A stretch of 64,000 nucleotides of DNA. Origin: an uncultured beta proteobacterium. GTDB lineage: Bacteria > Pseudomonadota > Gammaproteobacteria > Burkholderiales > Casimicrobiaceae. The position numbers were made by a program, and so were the translations under genes. Under the pieces are notes generated by a model. That model saw only the letters and a program-made list of their open reading frames with translations. It did not search any database and was not told the origin of the DNA. The DNA is taken from positions 18,089 to 82,088 of the forward strand of contig CAWDPJ010000017.1 of assembly GCA_963804205.1 (NCBI GenBank). Reading direction: 5' to 3'. Below are positions 63,576 through 64,000 of the stretch, piece by piece; within the stretch, counting starts at the first letter, position 1; the number at the start of each line of letters is the position of its first letter.

Positions 63576-64000
63576 TCATCGCTTGGGCTCGGAACGAAGG
63601 CCACCAAGAGACGGCTCAAGATCTGCACTAGGGTCAGCCCGGCACGGCAACAGGGTGTCCGCGGTTTCCGCGGGCAAGCGGCGCGCCCGCGGATCACGTC
63701 GGACGCCCACTCGGCGATCGCGAGCACGACCGCATGGATGTTGCAGCTGATGATCTCGGGCATGACGGAGGCGTCGACCACCCGCAGACCGCTCGACACC
63801 GTGCACACGCAGCTGCGAATCGACGACTGCCAATTCGTCGTCACCCACCCTGCACGTGCACGATGCGTGCTGGACCGTGGTCGCGGTCGCGCGAATGTGC
63901 TCGTCGACGTCGGCGTCGGACACGCAGTTGCGCGCCAGGCGAAAGTTCCTCGCCGCGGAAGGAATCCAGGGGCTTCTGCCGCACGACGTCGCGCACGATG
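63576..64000 (-). CDS. GMC oxidoreductase (choline dehydrogenase-like), 3' end
   Basis: TVQHASCTCRVG...AVVDSQLRVHGV.GLRVVDASVMP...IAE. Confidence 0.85.
   Translation of the reverse strand, partial: SCATSCGRSPWIPSAARNFRLARNCVSDADVDEHIRATATTVQHASCTCRVGDDELAVVDSQLRVHGVERSAGGRRLRHARDHQLQHPCGRARDRRVGVRRDPRARRLPAETADTLLPCRADPSADLEPSLGGLRSEPKR

Noticed and set aside
1-64000. CRISPR array, cas genes, rRNA, reverse transcriptase
   Set aside because: No regularly spaced repeat-spacer series or diagnostic motifs seen by eye.

Overview
High-GC bacterial DNA, most consistent with a betaproteobacterium (Burkholderiales/Casimicrobiaceae-like: Bug/TctC gene, CCCCCCGAGGGGG-type REP, 'VEYFHA...PVCRFF...LYRLYNN' secreted protein; this assignment is inference). 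Many genes carry single-base frameshifts, probably long-read assembly errors and densest beyond ~51 kb. The window reads as follows. (1) 1-3 kb: GlcNAc catabolic operon with a predicted promoter and operator. (2) 5.6-19.9 kb: nitrogen-compound catabolism (hydantoinase/oxoprolinase A+B, ABC importer, two class III aminotransferases, sphingosine-1-phosphate-lyase-like enzyme, IclR, secreted amidohydrolase). (3) 20-28.7 kb: an exported protease locus (LysM-like/S8 subtilase, trypsin-like protease, large Asp-box beta-propeller, DUF1353 lipoprotein). (4) 28.7-50.6 kb: an accessory mosaic of one- or two-gene modules, IS30/IS3/ISL3 scars, two scars of one small tyrosine-recombinase family and recurrent AAYGTCCGC...GCGGACRTT-like palindromic sites. 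It includes a repeat-flanked CxxCH-type nrfA-napC/nrfH pair, a phnW-PrpD-FAD oxidase cluster, an App1 phosphatase and an SLH-like/S74 surface fibre. (5) From a duplicated tRNA-Asn 3' end (att site, 50657-50701) to the window end: a likely integrated island (class III cyclase, PaoABC-like molybdoenzyme, SDR, LysRs, ALDH, GMC). The best novelty candidates are a possible integron-like cassette system built on short palindromic sites and a small tyrosine recombinase, and the secreted two-protease/propeller/DUF1353 locus. No CRISPR array, rRNA or intact tRNA was seen.
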